Notes: generated by a model not told the origin, from the sequence alone. A DNA stretch of 64,000 nucleotides from Eledone cirrhosa (GCA_964016885.1 OZ024755.1:36146001-36210000), one strand, 5' to 3'; shown: positions 1-12,387, counted from the first letter of the stretch. Translations and numbers: made by a program.

Positions 1-209
1 TGGACATAAAGTCATTTTGAATATCTGGAAATCTAGGTAAAGTAATATCAAGTAGACCCCTACATCGACTCTTCTCTAATTTTTCACGCTCCACAGGAGA
101 TTTCTGAAATTCCTGTTTTCCATTATACACTATTTCCCTCCAAGATAATCGATCTAAAGTCATTTACCTTTGACTAACTCCCTGTACAGTACTGCGTAGG
201 AATACAATG
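1..209 (-). mobile_element. RTE-clade LINE ORF2 3' remnant, continuing the element at 6548-6735
   Basis: The minus strand reads ...VLYRELVKGK*..DRLSWREIVYNGKQEFQKSPVEREKLEKSR, resembling the RTE ORF2 C-terminus. It includes a diverged copy of the 56-bp satellite unit. Confidence 0.65.
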
Positions 210-217
210 GCCTAAGG

Positions 218-501
218 CAGTCATGGGCAACCTGCGGTTCACAAAGTTTTCTGAATGGCTCGCCTAAGTCACCTAAGTGAAATCTTTCTGATATTTTTAC
301 CCTAACTTTTCAGTCATAATTTATCTTTCTAACATTTTTATAATTGAGGAAAACAACGAATTCTGAAGAAACAAATCAAAACAACCTGAGTTACCACCCT
401 TTTTTTAATGTGGGCACGAATGTAAATTAGCACCTGCAGCCTGCCTGATGATGAGACATATCTCATGCGGCCTGCTTCTCGAAAAAGGTTGCCCATGCCT
501 G
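218..501. mobile_element. hAT (Buster/Charlie-like) MITE, copy 1
   Basis: TIRs cagtcatgggcaacct / aggttgcccatgcctg and an imperfect 8-bp TSD gcctaagg/atctaagg. Homologous to 12408-12698 and 48145-48426. Confidence 0.8.
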
Positions 502-509
502 ATCTAAGG

Positions 510-3500
510 TCATTTACCTTTGATTAACTTCCTGTACAGTACCTACTTAGGAATACAATGATCTGTCATTTACCTTTGACTAACTTCCTGTACAGTACCT
601 ACTTAGGAATACAATGATCTGTCATTTACCTTTGACTAACTTCCTGTACAGTACCTACTTAGGAATACAAATATCTGTCATTTACCTTTGACTAACTTCC
701 TGTACAGTACCTACTTAGGAATACAATGATCTGTCATTTACCTTTGACTAACTTCCTGTACAGTACCTACTTAGGAATACAAATATCTGTCATTTACCTT
801 TAACTAATTTCCTGTACAGTACCTACTTAGGAATACAAATATCTGTCATTTACCTTTAACTAATTTCCTGTACAGTACCTACTTAGGAATACAATGATCT
901 GTCATTTACCTTTGACTAACTTCCTGTACAGTACCTACTTAGAAATACAATGATCTGTCATTTACCTTTGACTAACTTCCTGTACAGTACCTACTTAGGA
1001 ATACAATGATCTGTCATTTACCTTTGACTAACTTCCTGTACAGTACCTACTTAGGAATACAATGATCTGTCATTTACCTTTGACTAACTTCCTGTACAGT
1101 ACCTACTTAGGAATACAATGATCTGTCATTTACCTTTGACTAACTTCCTGTACAGTACCTACTTAGGAATACAAATATCTGTCATTTACCTTTGACTAAC
1201 TTCCTGTACAGTACCTACTTAGGAATACAAATATCTGTCATTTACCTTTGACTAACTTGCTGTACAGTACCTACTTAGGAATACAAATATCTGTCATTTA
1301 CCTTTGACTAACTTCCTGTACAGTACCTACTTAGGAATACAATGATCTGTCATTTACCTTTGATTAACTTCCTGTACAGTACCTACTTAGGAATACAATG
1401 ATCTGTCATTTACCTTTGACTAACTTCCTGTACAGTACCTACTTAGGAATACAATGATCTGTCATTTACCTTTGATTAACTTCCTGTACAGTACCTACTT
1501 AGAAATACAATGATCTGTCATTTACCTTTGACTAACTTCCTGTACAGTACCTACTTAGGAATACAATGATCTGTCATTTACCTTTGACTAACTTCCTGTA
1601 CAGTACCTACTTAGGAATACAAATATCTGTCATTTACCTTTGATTAACTTCCTGTACAGTACCTACTTAGGAATACAATGATCTGTCATTTACCTTTGAC
1701 TAACTTCCTGTACAGTACCTACTTAGGAATACAATGATGTCATTTACCTTTGATTAACTTCCTGTACAGTACCTACTTAGGAATACAATGATCTGTCATT
1801 TACCTTTGACTAACTTCCTGTACAGTACCTACTTAGGAATACAATGATCTGTCATTTACCTTTGACTAACTTCCTGTACAGTACCTACTTAGGAATACAA
1901 TGATCTGTCATTTACCTTTGATTAACTTCCTGTACAGTACCTACTTAGGAATACAAATATCTGTCATTTACCTTTGACTAACTTCCTGTACAGTACCTAC
2001 TTAGGAATACAATGATCTGTCATTTACCTTTGATTAACTTCCTGTACAGTACCTACTTAGGAATACAATGATCTGTTCATTCACCTTTGACTAACTTCCT
2101 GTACAGTACCTACTTAGGAATACAATGATCTGTCATTTACCTTTGATTAACTTCCTGTACAGTACCTACTTAGGAATACAAATATCTGTCATTTACCTTT
2201 CACTAACTTCCTGTACAGTACCTACTTAGGAATACAAATATCTGTCATTTACCTTTGACTAACTTGCTGTACAGTACCTACTTAGGAATACAATGATGTC
2301 ATTTACCTTTGATTAACTTCCTGTACAGTACCTACTTAGGAATACAATGATGTCATTTACCTTTGATTAACTTCCTGTACAGTACCTACTTAGGAATACA
2401 ATGATGTCATTTACCTTTGATTAACTTCCTGTACAGTACCTACTTAGGAATACAAATATCTGTCATTTACCTTTGACTAACTTCCTGTACAGTACCTACT
2501 TAGGAATACAAATATCTGTCATTTACCTTTGACTAACTTCCTGTACAGTACCTACTTAGAAATACAATGATCTGTCATTTACCTTTGACTAACTTCCTGT
2601 ACAGTACCTACTTAGGAATACAATGATCTGTCATTTACCTTTGACTAACTTCCTGTACAGTACCTACTTAGGAATACAAATATCTGTCATTTACCTTTGA
2701 TTAACTTCCTGTACAGTACCTACTTAGGAATACAATGATCTGCCATTTACCTTTGACTAACTTCCTGTACAGTACCTACTTAGGAATACAATGATGTCAT
2801 TTACCTTTGATTAACTTCCTGTACAGTACCTACTTAGGAATACAATGATCTGACATTTACCTTTGACTAACTTCCTGTACAGTACCTACTTAGGAATACA
2901 ATCATCTGTCATTTACCTTTGACTAACTTCCTGTACAGTACCTACTTCGGAATACAAATATCTGTCATTTACCTTTGATTAACTTCCTGTACAGTACCTA
3001 CTTAGGAATACAATGATCTGTCATTTACCTTTGACTAACTTCCTGTACAGTACCTACTTAGGAATACAATGATCTGTCATTTACCTTTGACTAACTTCCT
3101 GTACAGTACCTACTTAGGAATACAATGATCTGTCATTTACCTTTGATTAACTTCCTGTACAGTACCTACTTAGGAATACAAATATCTGTCATTTACCTTT
3201 GACTAACTTCCTGTACAGTACCTACTTAGGAATACAATGATCTGTCATTTACCTTTGATTAACTTCCTGTACAGTACCTACTTAGGAATACAATGATCTG
3301 TTCATTCACCTTTGACTAACTTCCTGTACAGTACCTACTTAGGAATACAATGATCTGTCATTTACCTTTGATTAACTTCCTGTACAGTACCTACTTAGGA
3401 ATACAATGATCTGTCATTTACCTTTGACTAACTTGCTGTACAGTACCTACTTAGGAATACAATGATCTGTTCATTTACCTTTGACTAACTTCCTGTACAG

Positions 3501-6500
3501 TACCTACTTAGGAATACAATGATCTGTCATTTACCTTTGATTAACGTCCTGTACAGTACCTACTTAGGAATACAAATATCTGTCATTTACCTTTGACTAA
3601 CTTCCTGTACAGTACCTACTTAGGAATACAATGATCTGTCATTTACCTTTGATTAACTTCCTGTACAGTACCTACTTAGGAATACAATGATCTGTCATTT
3701 ACCTTTGATTAACTTCCTGTACAGTACCTACTTAGGAATACAATGATCTGTCATTTACCTTTGATTAACTTCCTGTACAGTACCTACTTAGGAATACAAT
3801 GATCTGTCATTTACCTTTGACTAACTTGCTGTACAGTACCTACTTAGGAATACAATGATCTGTTCATTTACCTTTGACTAACTTCCTGTACAGTACCTAC
3901 TTAGGAATACAATGATCTGTCATTTACCTTTGATTAACTTCCTGTACAGTACCTACTTAGGAATACAAATATCTGTCATTTACCTTTGACTAACTTCCTG
4001 TACAGTACCTACTTAGGAATACAATGATCTGTCATTTACCTTTGATTAACTTCCTGTACAGTACCTACTTAGGAATACAATGATCTGTCATTTACCTTTG
4101 ATTAACTTCCTGTACAGTACCTACTTAGGAATACAATGATCTGTCATTTACCTTTGATTAACTTCCTGTACAGTACCTACTTAGGAATACAATGATCTGT
4201 TCATTTACCTTTGACTAACTTCCTGTACAGTACCTACTTAGGAATACAATGATCTGTCATTTACCTTTGACTAACTTCCTGTACAGTACCTACTTAGGAA
4301 TACAAATATCTGTCATTTACCTTTGACTAACTTCCTGTACAGTACCTACTTAGGAAGACAAATATCTGTCAATTACCTTTGACTAACTTCCTGTACAGTA
4401 CCTACTTAGGAATACAATGATGTCATTTACCTTTGACTAACTTCCTGTACAGTACCTACTTAGGAATACAATGATCTGTCATTTACCTTTGATTAACTTC
4501 CTGTACAGTACCTACTTAGGAATACAATGATCTGTTCATTCACCTTTGACTAACTTCCTGTACAGTACCTACTTAGGAATACAATGATCTGTCATTTACC
4601 TTTGATTAACTTCCTGTACAGTACCTACTTAGGAATACAATGATCTGTCATTTACCTTTGACTAACTTGCTGTACAGTACCTACTTAGGAATACAATGAT
4701 CTGTTCATTTACCTTTGACTAACTTCCTGTACAGTACCTACTTAGGAATACAATGATCTGTCATTTACCTTTGATTAACGTCCTGTACAGTACCTACTTA
4801 GGAATACAAATATCTGTCATTTACCTTTGACTAACTTCCTGTACAGTACCTACTTAGGAATACAATGATCTGTCATTTACCTTTGATTAACTTCCTGTAC
4901 AGTACCTACTTAGGAATACAATGATCTGTCATTTACCTTTGATTAACTTCCTGTACAGTACCTACTTAGGAATACAATGATCTGTCATTTACCTTTGATT
5001 AACTTCCTGTACAGTACCTACTTAGGAATACAATGATCTGTCATTTACCTTTGACTAACTTGCTGTACAGTACCTACTTAGGAATACAATGATCTGTTCA
5101 TTTACCTTTGACTAACTTCCTGTACAGTACCTACTTAGGAATACAATGATCTGTCATTTACCTTTGATTAACTTCCTGTACAGTACCTACTTAGGAATAC
5201 AAATATCTGTCATTTACCTTTGACTAACTTCCTGTACAGTACCTACTTAGGAATACAATGATCTGTCATTTACCTTTGATTAACTTCCTGTACAGTACCT
5301 ACTTAGGAATACAATGATCTGTCATTTACCTTTGATTAACTTCCTGTACAGTACCTACTTAGGAATACAATGATCTGTCATTTACCTTTGATTAACTTCC
5401 TGTACAGTACCTACTTAGGAATACAATGATCTGTTCATTTACCTTTGACTAACTTCCTGTACAGTACCTACTTAGGAATACAATGATCTGTCATTTACCT
5501 TTGACTAACTTCCTGTACAGTACCTACTTAGGAATACAAATATCTGTCATTTACCTTTGACTAACTTCCTGTACAGTACCTACTTAGGAAGACAAATATC
5601 TGTCAATTACCTTTGACTAACTTCCTGTACAGTACCTACTTAGGAATACAATGATGTCATTTACCTTTGACTAACTTCCTGTACAGTACCTACTTAGGAA
5701 TACAATGATCTGTCATTTACCTTTGATTAACTTCCTGTACAGTACCTACTTAGGAATACAATGATCTGTCATTTACCTTTTACTAACTTCCTGTACAGTA
5801 CCTACTTAGGAATACAATGATCTGTCATTTACCTTTGAGTAACTTCCTGTACAGTACCTACTTAGGAATACAATGATCTGTCATTTACCTTTGATTAACT
5901 TCCTGTACAGTACCTACTTAGGAATACAATGATCTGTTCATTCACCTTTGACTAACTTCCTGTACAGTACCTACTTAGGAATACAATGATCTGTCATTTA
6001 CCTTTGATTAACTTCCTGTACAGTACCTACTTAGGAATACAATGATCTGTCATTTACCTTTGACTAACTTGCTGTACAGTACCTACTTAGGAATACAATG
6101 ATCTGTTCATTTACCTTTGACTAACTTCCTGTACAGTACCTACTTAGGAATACAATGATCTGTCATTTACCTTTGATTAACTTCCTGTACAGTACCTACT
6201 TAGGAATACAATGATCTGTCATTTACCTTTGATTAACTTCCTGTACAGTACCTACTTAGGAATACAATGATCTGTTCATTTACCTTTGACTAACTTCCTG
6301 TACAGTACCTACTTAGGAATACAATGATCTGTCATTTACCTTTGATTAACTTCCTGTACAGTACCTACTTAGGAATACAATGATCTGTCATTTACCTTTG
6401 ACTAACTTCCTGTACAGTACCTACTTAGGAATACAAATATCTGTCATTTACCTTTGATTAACTTCCTGTACAGTACCTACTTAGGAATACAATGATCTGT

Positions 6501-6559
6501 CATTTACCTTTGACTAACTTCCTGTACAGTACCTACTTAGGAATACAATGATCTGTCAT
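510..6559. repeat. 56-bp tandem satellite (about 108 copies) derived from RTE LINE coding sequence
   Basis: Unit atctgtcatttacctttgactaacttcctgtacagtacctacttaggaatacaatg with period 56 (561 to 617). Its reverse complement encodes MTDHCIPK*VLYRKLVKGK. Confidence 0.97.
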
Positions 6560-6735
6560 TCTTATAAAAGGGCCACTCAAGCACAATCTATATTGAATTA
6601 TGAGAGATTCAATACTTTCAAAATGACTTCATTCCGGCTCTTCAACATTACTCATATGAGATTGCCAACTGATATTGAGTATTCGGCGAGGATACTTTTG
6701 ATGAAAGTGATCAAGTATTTTTATATTTCACATGC
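6548..6735 (-). mobile_element. RTE-clade LINE ORF2 remnant running into the satellite
   Basis: The minus strand reads IKILDHFHQKYPRRILNISWQSHMSNVEE.*SHFESIESLIIQYRLCLSGPFIRM, which parallels the 17263-17652 RTE translation (LERFHQQSL...IESMIFRHRLRWSGHMIWM). Confidence 0.8.
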
Positions 6736-6827
6736 ATACAACAATGAAGACAATATACATACATACATATATAAAGAGCTATATATATATATATAATATG
6801 TGTATATAATTATATATATATATATAT

Positions 6828-7186
6828 ATGAATGTATGTATAGTATATTTGGCAATATACCGTATGTTTAATTAAAAACATTTAGAAGACCATACGCTAT
6901 CAGTTTTAAAGTAGTCACTATGTCACTTACTTCTTTTCGGCGAAGGAAGGGAGAGACGCTGACAGTCTGTTTCACGTTGGTTGGCATTTATCAAAATCAC
7001 GCACGCCCCTGCTTCCGCTGAAAATTATAGAAGCTGGATTCTTATAGAATTCCAGTAATAATCAGGACCTGATTATACAGAGCGATTGCCGGTCCAGCAA
7101 AAATTAGGTATTAGGATTGGTGTTCTGAAATAGCGATGTGTACATGAATGTATGTATAGTATATTTGGCTATATACCGTATGTTTA

Positions 7187-7189
<3 letters not shown>
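6828..7189 (-). mobile_element. 316-bp retrozyme-like element (1.15 units) in a (TA)n tract
   Basis: A 46-bp direct terminal repeat (6828-6873 and 7144-7189, one mismatch) gives period 316. (TA)n lies on both sides and there is an internal hammerhead-like motif. Confidence 0.65.
6945..7016 (-). ncRNA. putative type I hammerhead ribozyme (U3-A8 core variant)
   Basis: Minus strand: ggaag-c-aggggcg-tgcgtga-tt TTGATAA atg[ccaaccaa]cgt GAAAC agact GTC ag-cgtctct-cc-cttcc. Core spacing is correct and stem I is bulged, with only 2 bp next to the core. Confidence 0.55.
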
Positions 7190-7246
<57 letters not shown>

Positions 7247-7250
<4 letters not shown>

Positions 7251-8072
7251 CATGTTCGATATGTAGGAAAGGAACTGGCATAAATTCCATAAAATGTACG
7301 CAATGCAGATCCTGGGTACACAAGAGATGTAGTGGGATAGCAGGCAAACTAACAGGTAGGGAAAACTATGAATGCAGTAGATGTACAGGGAAAGTTGGCA
7401 GTAGTAATCGCAGTGATAGACACATTTTTCCAATACAGGTGGGTTCTATAGAGGTGGTTGATAGCTTCCGGTACCTAGGTTATCATATTAGCATGGCAGG
7501 AGGGTGTTCTGAGGCCATAGTATCTAGAATAAGGACGGCTTGGAAGAAGTTTAGGGAGCTGCTTCCTCTGTTGACAAAGAAGGGTTTCTCCCGGTGTACG
7601 AAATGATAGTTATATAATGCCGATGCGTGATGCTGCATGGTAGTGAGACATTGGCAGCAACTGCAGAGGATATGCGATGGCTGGAGAGAAATGAAGCAAG
7701 TATGCTCCGTTGGATGTGCAATATCAATGTGTGTGAATAACCAATCATAGACGAGTTGAGAAAGAAACTGGGTACCAAGGGGTTAAGCTGTAGTGTGCGA
7801 GAGAGAAGACTGCGATGGTATGGACATGTCATGCGCATGGAGGATGACTGCTGGGTAAAGAAGTGCCAAGAAATCCCAGTAGAAGGAAGACGTGGTAGAG
7901 GAAGACCACGAAAAACATGGGCGGAGGTGGTGAGAGCAGACCTCAGATCGCTGAAACTCAAGGAGGAGATGACGAAGGACCGTGACAAGTGGATAGATGC
8001 TGTGCTGAATAGGACCCGTCCAACCCTTGCAAGCAGGGAAAAGCGGACGTAAAATAATGATGATGATAATAA
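7247..8072 (+). mobile_element. 5'-truncated RTE-clade LINE with a PHD-like finger; decayed
   Basis: WPCSICRKG..KCTQCRSWVHKRC..YECSRC, then EVVDSFRYLG, RIRTAWKKFRELLPLL, RRLRWYGHVMRM and GRGRPRKTW. 3' tail aacccttgcaagcagggaaaagcggacgtaaa(tga)n. Confidence 0.9.
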
Positions 8073-8385
8073 TACACATATAGGTATACATATACACACA
8101 TATATATGGTGGGGGGCATATGTTTATAATAGAATGGATAAGTGCAAGGGTGGCTGTGTGTATGAGTATTTAATGCATAGGTTAAAAATGCTACCTAACA
8201 GGGGCCTCTCTCTCTCTCCCTCTCATACACACATTCTCTCTCACTGTATGTCTCTTTTCCAGCATAAGTCAGTGCCCCATATAATAACTGGTATGTACAT
8301 GTGGCTGACTAATATGTGATTATTGGCTTGAATATCTTCTATTTCGCATGCAATTACTTGCAATATGTGCAACTGTAAATATATC

Positions 8386-8604
8386 ATCATCATTTCATTT
8401 TACGTCCGCTTTTCCCTGCTTGCAAGGGTGGGACGGGAACTGATTCTGGCTTGATTTCTACAGCTGGATGCCCTTCCTAACACCAACCTCATTTACAGTG
8501 AGTGCTGGGTGCTTTTTTGCCGTGGCACCTCCACGACCACTTTGCAGTGGAATGATAGGGACCCCAGTCCCTATCATCTCATTTCTACAGCTGAGTAAAC
8601 TGGA

Positions 8605-8607
<3 letters not shown>
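8386..8607 (-). mobile_element. CORE-type SINE, 3' portion
   Basis: Reverse complement of the SINE body at 8930-9103 plus a LINE-type tail. Confidence 0.75.
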
Positions 8608-8637
<30 letters not shown>

Positions 8638-8825
8638 AAAAAAGTCAGGACCCCGATGGCTGAGCTCCAGTTGTTTCGAGAGCTGGCTGTCAAAACAGCC
8701 AGAGCTCAGCCGTTGGGGTCCTGACTCTTTTCCTATTACCCCCTCTACTACCCATAGTATCGAGTACTCTGGTACGTTATGGCCCACCTGGTTCCTTACC
8801 ACACCTCCTTCTTTATATATATATA

Positions 8826-9190
8826 TGGCTTAGTGGTTAGAGCATTGGCCTTGCAACCGAAAGGTTGTGAGTTCAATTCTCAGACCGGGTGATGTGTTGT
8901 TTCCTTGAGCAAGGCACTTTATTTCACATTGCTCCAGTTTACTCAGCTGTAGAAATGAGATGATAGGGACTGGGGTCCATATCATTCCACTGCAAAGTGC
9001 TCGTGTAGGCGCCACGGAAAAAAAAGCACCCAGCACTCACTGTAAATGAGGTTGGTGTTAGGAAGGGCATCCAGCTGTAGAAATCAAGCCAAAATCAGTT
9101 CCTGTATGAGCAAGGCATGGTCAGCCAACCAGACACTGCCCACAACAGGACAACCCGTCTAACCCATGCTAGCATGGAAGAAATGACGTA
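8826..9190 (+). mobile_element. tRNA-derived CORE-type SINE with RTE-like 3' tail
   Basis: A-box tggcttagtggttaga, B-box gagttcaattc, CORE-like ccttgagcaaggcactttatttcac, then ggttggtgttaggaagggcatccagc and the tail aacccatgctagcatggaa. Confidence 0.8.
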
Positions 9191-9277
9191 GGGGTTCTCC
9201 TACATGGATATAAAGTAGTGGCCGTACTCGAAAACGAGTTGGCAGCCACCATGTATATATATATATATATATATAAC

Positions 9278-9841
9278 AGTATCTGCTACCTAGGTGACCG
9301 AATTAGCAGCGGCGGTGGGTGTTCGGAAAGTACAATAACTAGGGTAAGAACGGGATGGAAGAAGTTCAGGGAGCTACTGCCACTGCTAGCTGCAAAAGGC
9401 ATTTCCCTCAAAATGAAGGGCAGACTGTATGATGTGTGTATACGAACAGCAATGTTACATGGTAGTGAGACCTGGGCGCTGAAGGTGGACGACTTACGTA
9501 GATTAGAGAGAAACGAAGCTTGCATGCTCCGATGGATGTGTAATAACAATATATGCGAATGGCAAAGCATAATTGAATTGAGAGAGAGACTGAGCATAAA
9601 AAGAATCAAATGCTGTCTGCAGGAGAGGAGGTTGCGTTGGTATGGACATGCGATGCGTATGAAGGATGACAGCTGCATAAAAAGGTGCAGAGCACTAGAA
9701 GTCGATGGAAGCTGCGGAGTGGGGAGACCCAAGAAGACCTGGGATGAGGTGATAAAGGCCGACCTTACCCAATTGCACCTCTCAAGGGCGATGACACACG
9801 ACCGTGACCTCTGGTGTCACACAGTAATACAGAAGACCTGA
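9278..9841 (+). mobile_element. RTE LINE ORF2 3' fragment
   Basis: ORF 9218-9841 contains YLGDRIS..RVRTGWKKFRELLPLL..MLHGSETW..RRLRWYGHAMRM..GRPKKTW. Confidence 0.9.
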
Positions 9842-9894
9842 CTTCCCACAGGAACAAGCCAAAGCTGAAGCATATAGATAATATGCCCCAACTC

Positions 9895-10322
9895 CCTCCC
9901 ACTGCAAGGTGGTCGTGGAGGTGCCACGGCAAAAAAGCACCCAGCCCATACTGTAAAGTCAATGTGTCGGTGCCACGGAAAAAAAGCACCCAGCACTCAC
10001 TGTAAAGTGGACGTGCAGGTGCAACGGAAAAAAAAAGCACCCAGCACTCACTGTAAAGTGGATGTGCAGGTGCAACGGAAAAAAAAAAGCACCCAGCACT
10101 CACTGTAAATGAGGTTGGTGTTAGGAAGGGCATCCAGCTGTAGAAACCAAGCCAGAATCAGTTCCCGTACGAGCAAGACAAGGTCAGCCGACCGGACACT
10201 GCCCACAACAGGACAACCAGGCTAACTCATGCTAGCGTGGCAGAATGGACGTAAAACGATGATGATGATGATGACGATGATGACGATGACGATGACGATG
10301 ATGATGATGATGATGATGATGA
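9895..10322 (+). mobile_element. SINE 3' half with internal ~50-bp tandem units and (GAT)n tail
   Basis: Repeated aaaaaagcacccagcactcactgtaaag, followed by ggttggtgttaggaagggcatccagc and the tail. Confidence 0.75.
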
Positions 10323-10764
10323 ACTCAACTCAACATGACAGTGGAATATCAGAGGTAGAGTTTCAAATTGTATTGATTCATAAAGCAATGAGAAATGTCT
10401 CTCTTGTTTGGTTTAGAGAACAACAGGGTTAAAGCAATTGCAATAATGGATGGATAACATTGACTTCCACTAAAAGAGAATTCAATTAAATGTCTATGAA
10501 TAGCTGCATATATCTATGTCTGCTAAAACAGAGAGAAGCAATGGTGATAATCACTGCCTAAATATGAGCATTTCTCTTTCTTTCTGCTCATGTCAGTGCC
10601 CATGTAATAATTTGTATGCACATGTGCATCCCTATGTTCACTGCATGTGGATTATTAGTTTGCATATGTTCTACATTGGATGCAATTACTTGCAATATGT
10701 GCAGCAGAATGAGGAAAAAAATATATATTTACTACTTTACAGGTAAATTACAGGTATCTTAACC

Positions 10765-11490
10765 CCTCTCTCTCTCTCTGACACACAGACACTCTTCCTT
10801 TCTCTCTCTCTGACATACACACACACTCTTCCTTTCTCTCTCTCTCTCACTCTGACACACACACACACTCTTCATCTCTCTCTCTCTCTGACACACGGAC
10901 ACTCTTCCTTTCTCTCTCTCTCTTTCTCTGACACACACACTCTTCCTCTCTCTCTCTCTGACACACAGACACTCTTCCTTTCTCTCTCTCTCTGACACGC
11001 ACACACTCTTCCTCTCTCTCTCTCTCTCTCTCTCTCTGACACACACTCTTCCTCTCTCTCTCTCTGACACACACACACTCTTCCTTTCTCTCTCTCTCTC
11101 TGACACACTCTTCCTCTCTCTCTCTCTCTCTCTCTGACACACACACTCTTCCTTTCTCTCTCTCTCTCTCTGAGATACACACACTCTTCATCTCTCTCTC
11201 TCTCTCTGACACACACACTTCCTCTCTCTCTCTCTCTCTGACACACACACACACATACTCTTCCTTTCTCTCTCTGACACACACACATACTCTTCCTTTC
11301 TCTCTCTCTCTCTGACACACACTCTTCCTCTCTCTCTCTCTGACACACACACTCTTCCTTTCTCTCTCTCTCTCACACACACGCACACACACTCTTCCTT
11401 TCTCTCTCTCTCTCTCTGACACACACACACACACACTCTTCCTTTCGCTCTCTCTCTGACACACACACACAAACACACACTCTTCCTCTA
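10765..11490. repeat. compound (CT)n/(CA)n minisatellite
   Basis: Repeated ctcttcct(ct)n-gaca(ca)n units. Confidence 0.95.
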
Positions 11491-11752
11491 TATCTCTCTG
11501 AATATTATTCAAGAGTTGACCACAGTCAGCCAAATATAATGGTAGGCTTCCACTTGCTACATTTTTAAGCTGTTAATCTGTATTCTCAGTTATTTGAAAC
11601 TATATAATCCTTCCCTATTCTTTTTAACAATGGTAAACTTCCTTTCTAAAACCTGTAATTCTAAGTAGCAGAGTCATGAATCTCACAAAACAACAACAGT
11701 ACTAATATCTGAACTTATGCTGATAGAATTGAATGTATTTAACTGTTGGAAT

Positions 11753-12115
11753 CTAGGATTGGTATGCCATATATACCAGGATTACTGGATATATGAACAT
11801 ACACACTTTGACATTTGCATTTTGATAAATTTATAGTTAATATAGTAAAGCCCTATAGTTTCTGTTGATAAATGGTTTCTGATTTAGGAACAAATTGTTG
11901 GCCTTGTGCCTAAATCAGGATGCACTGGGATCGATTTAATCGACTTACCTCTCCCACCAAATTGTTGGCCTTGTGCCTAAATCAGAAACCATTTATCAAC
12001 AGAAACTATAGGGCCTCAATATGTTAACTATAAATTTATCAAAATACAAATGTCAAAGTGCATATGATTGTTCATATATCCAGTAATCCTGGTATATATG
12101 GCATACCAATCCTAG
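11753..12115. repeat. inverted repeat with ~140-bp arms around a SINE 3' fragment
   Basis: ctaggattggtatgccatatataccagg...tttctgatttagg is the reverse complement of cctaaatcagaaac...ggcataccaatcctag. Confidence 0.9.
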
Positions 12116-12387
12116 TCTCTTATAAGTCTGTTCCATCAAAAACACTACAAATCAACTACAGCCACAAACAAATGAACCACTAAGAAACTTTACTTTGCAT
12201 ATCCAGCACTGGCAAGTATTATTGAACCAATTCCACCATTGATACCAGATTTAAACTTTCTATTTTTCAACCCTTTCTTATACCAACTCAGTCAAAAAAG
12301 CCAGCTCTGATTCTTTGAAACTAAACCAACTATTTTAAGTGGTTCCTATTTAAATTAAAACAATTCTATTCAATAAGAACCATCTGG

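Noticed and set aside
510-6559. CRISPR-like appearance of the regular arrays
   Set aside because: The units are contiguous with no unique spacers, there are no cas genes, and the context is eukaryotic.
6931-7017. Apparent 87-bp minus-strand exon (ttttcag| ... |gtaagt; EAGACVILINANQRETDCQRLSLPSPKR)
   Set aside because: It lies wholly inside a terminally redundant insert in (TA)n and coincides with the hammerhead motif. Kept as the alternative explanation, which RNA-seq could decide.
8826-8890. tRNA gene
   Set aside because: The A and B boxes run directly into a SINE body; this is a tRNA-derived SINE head.
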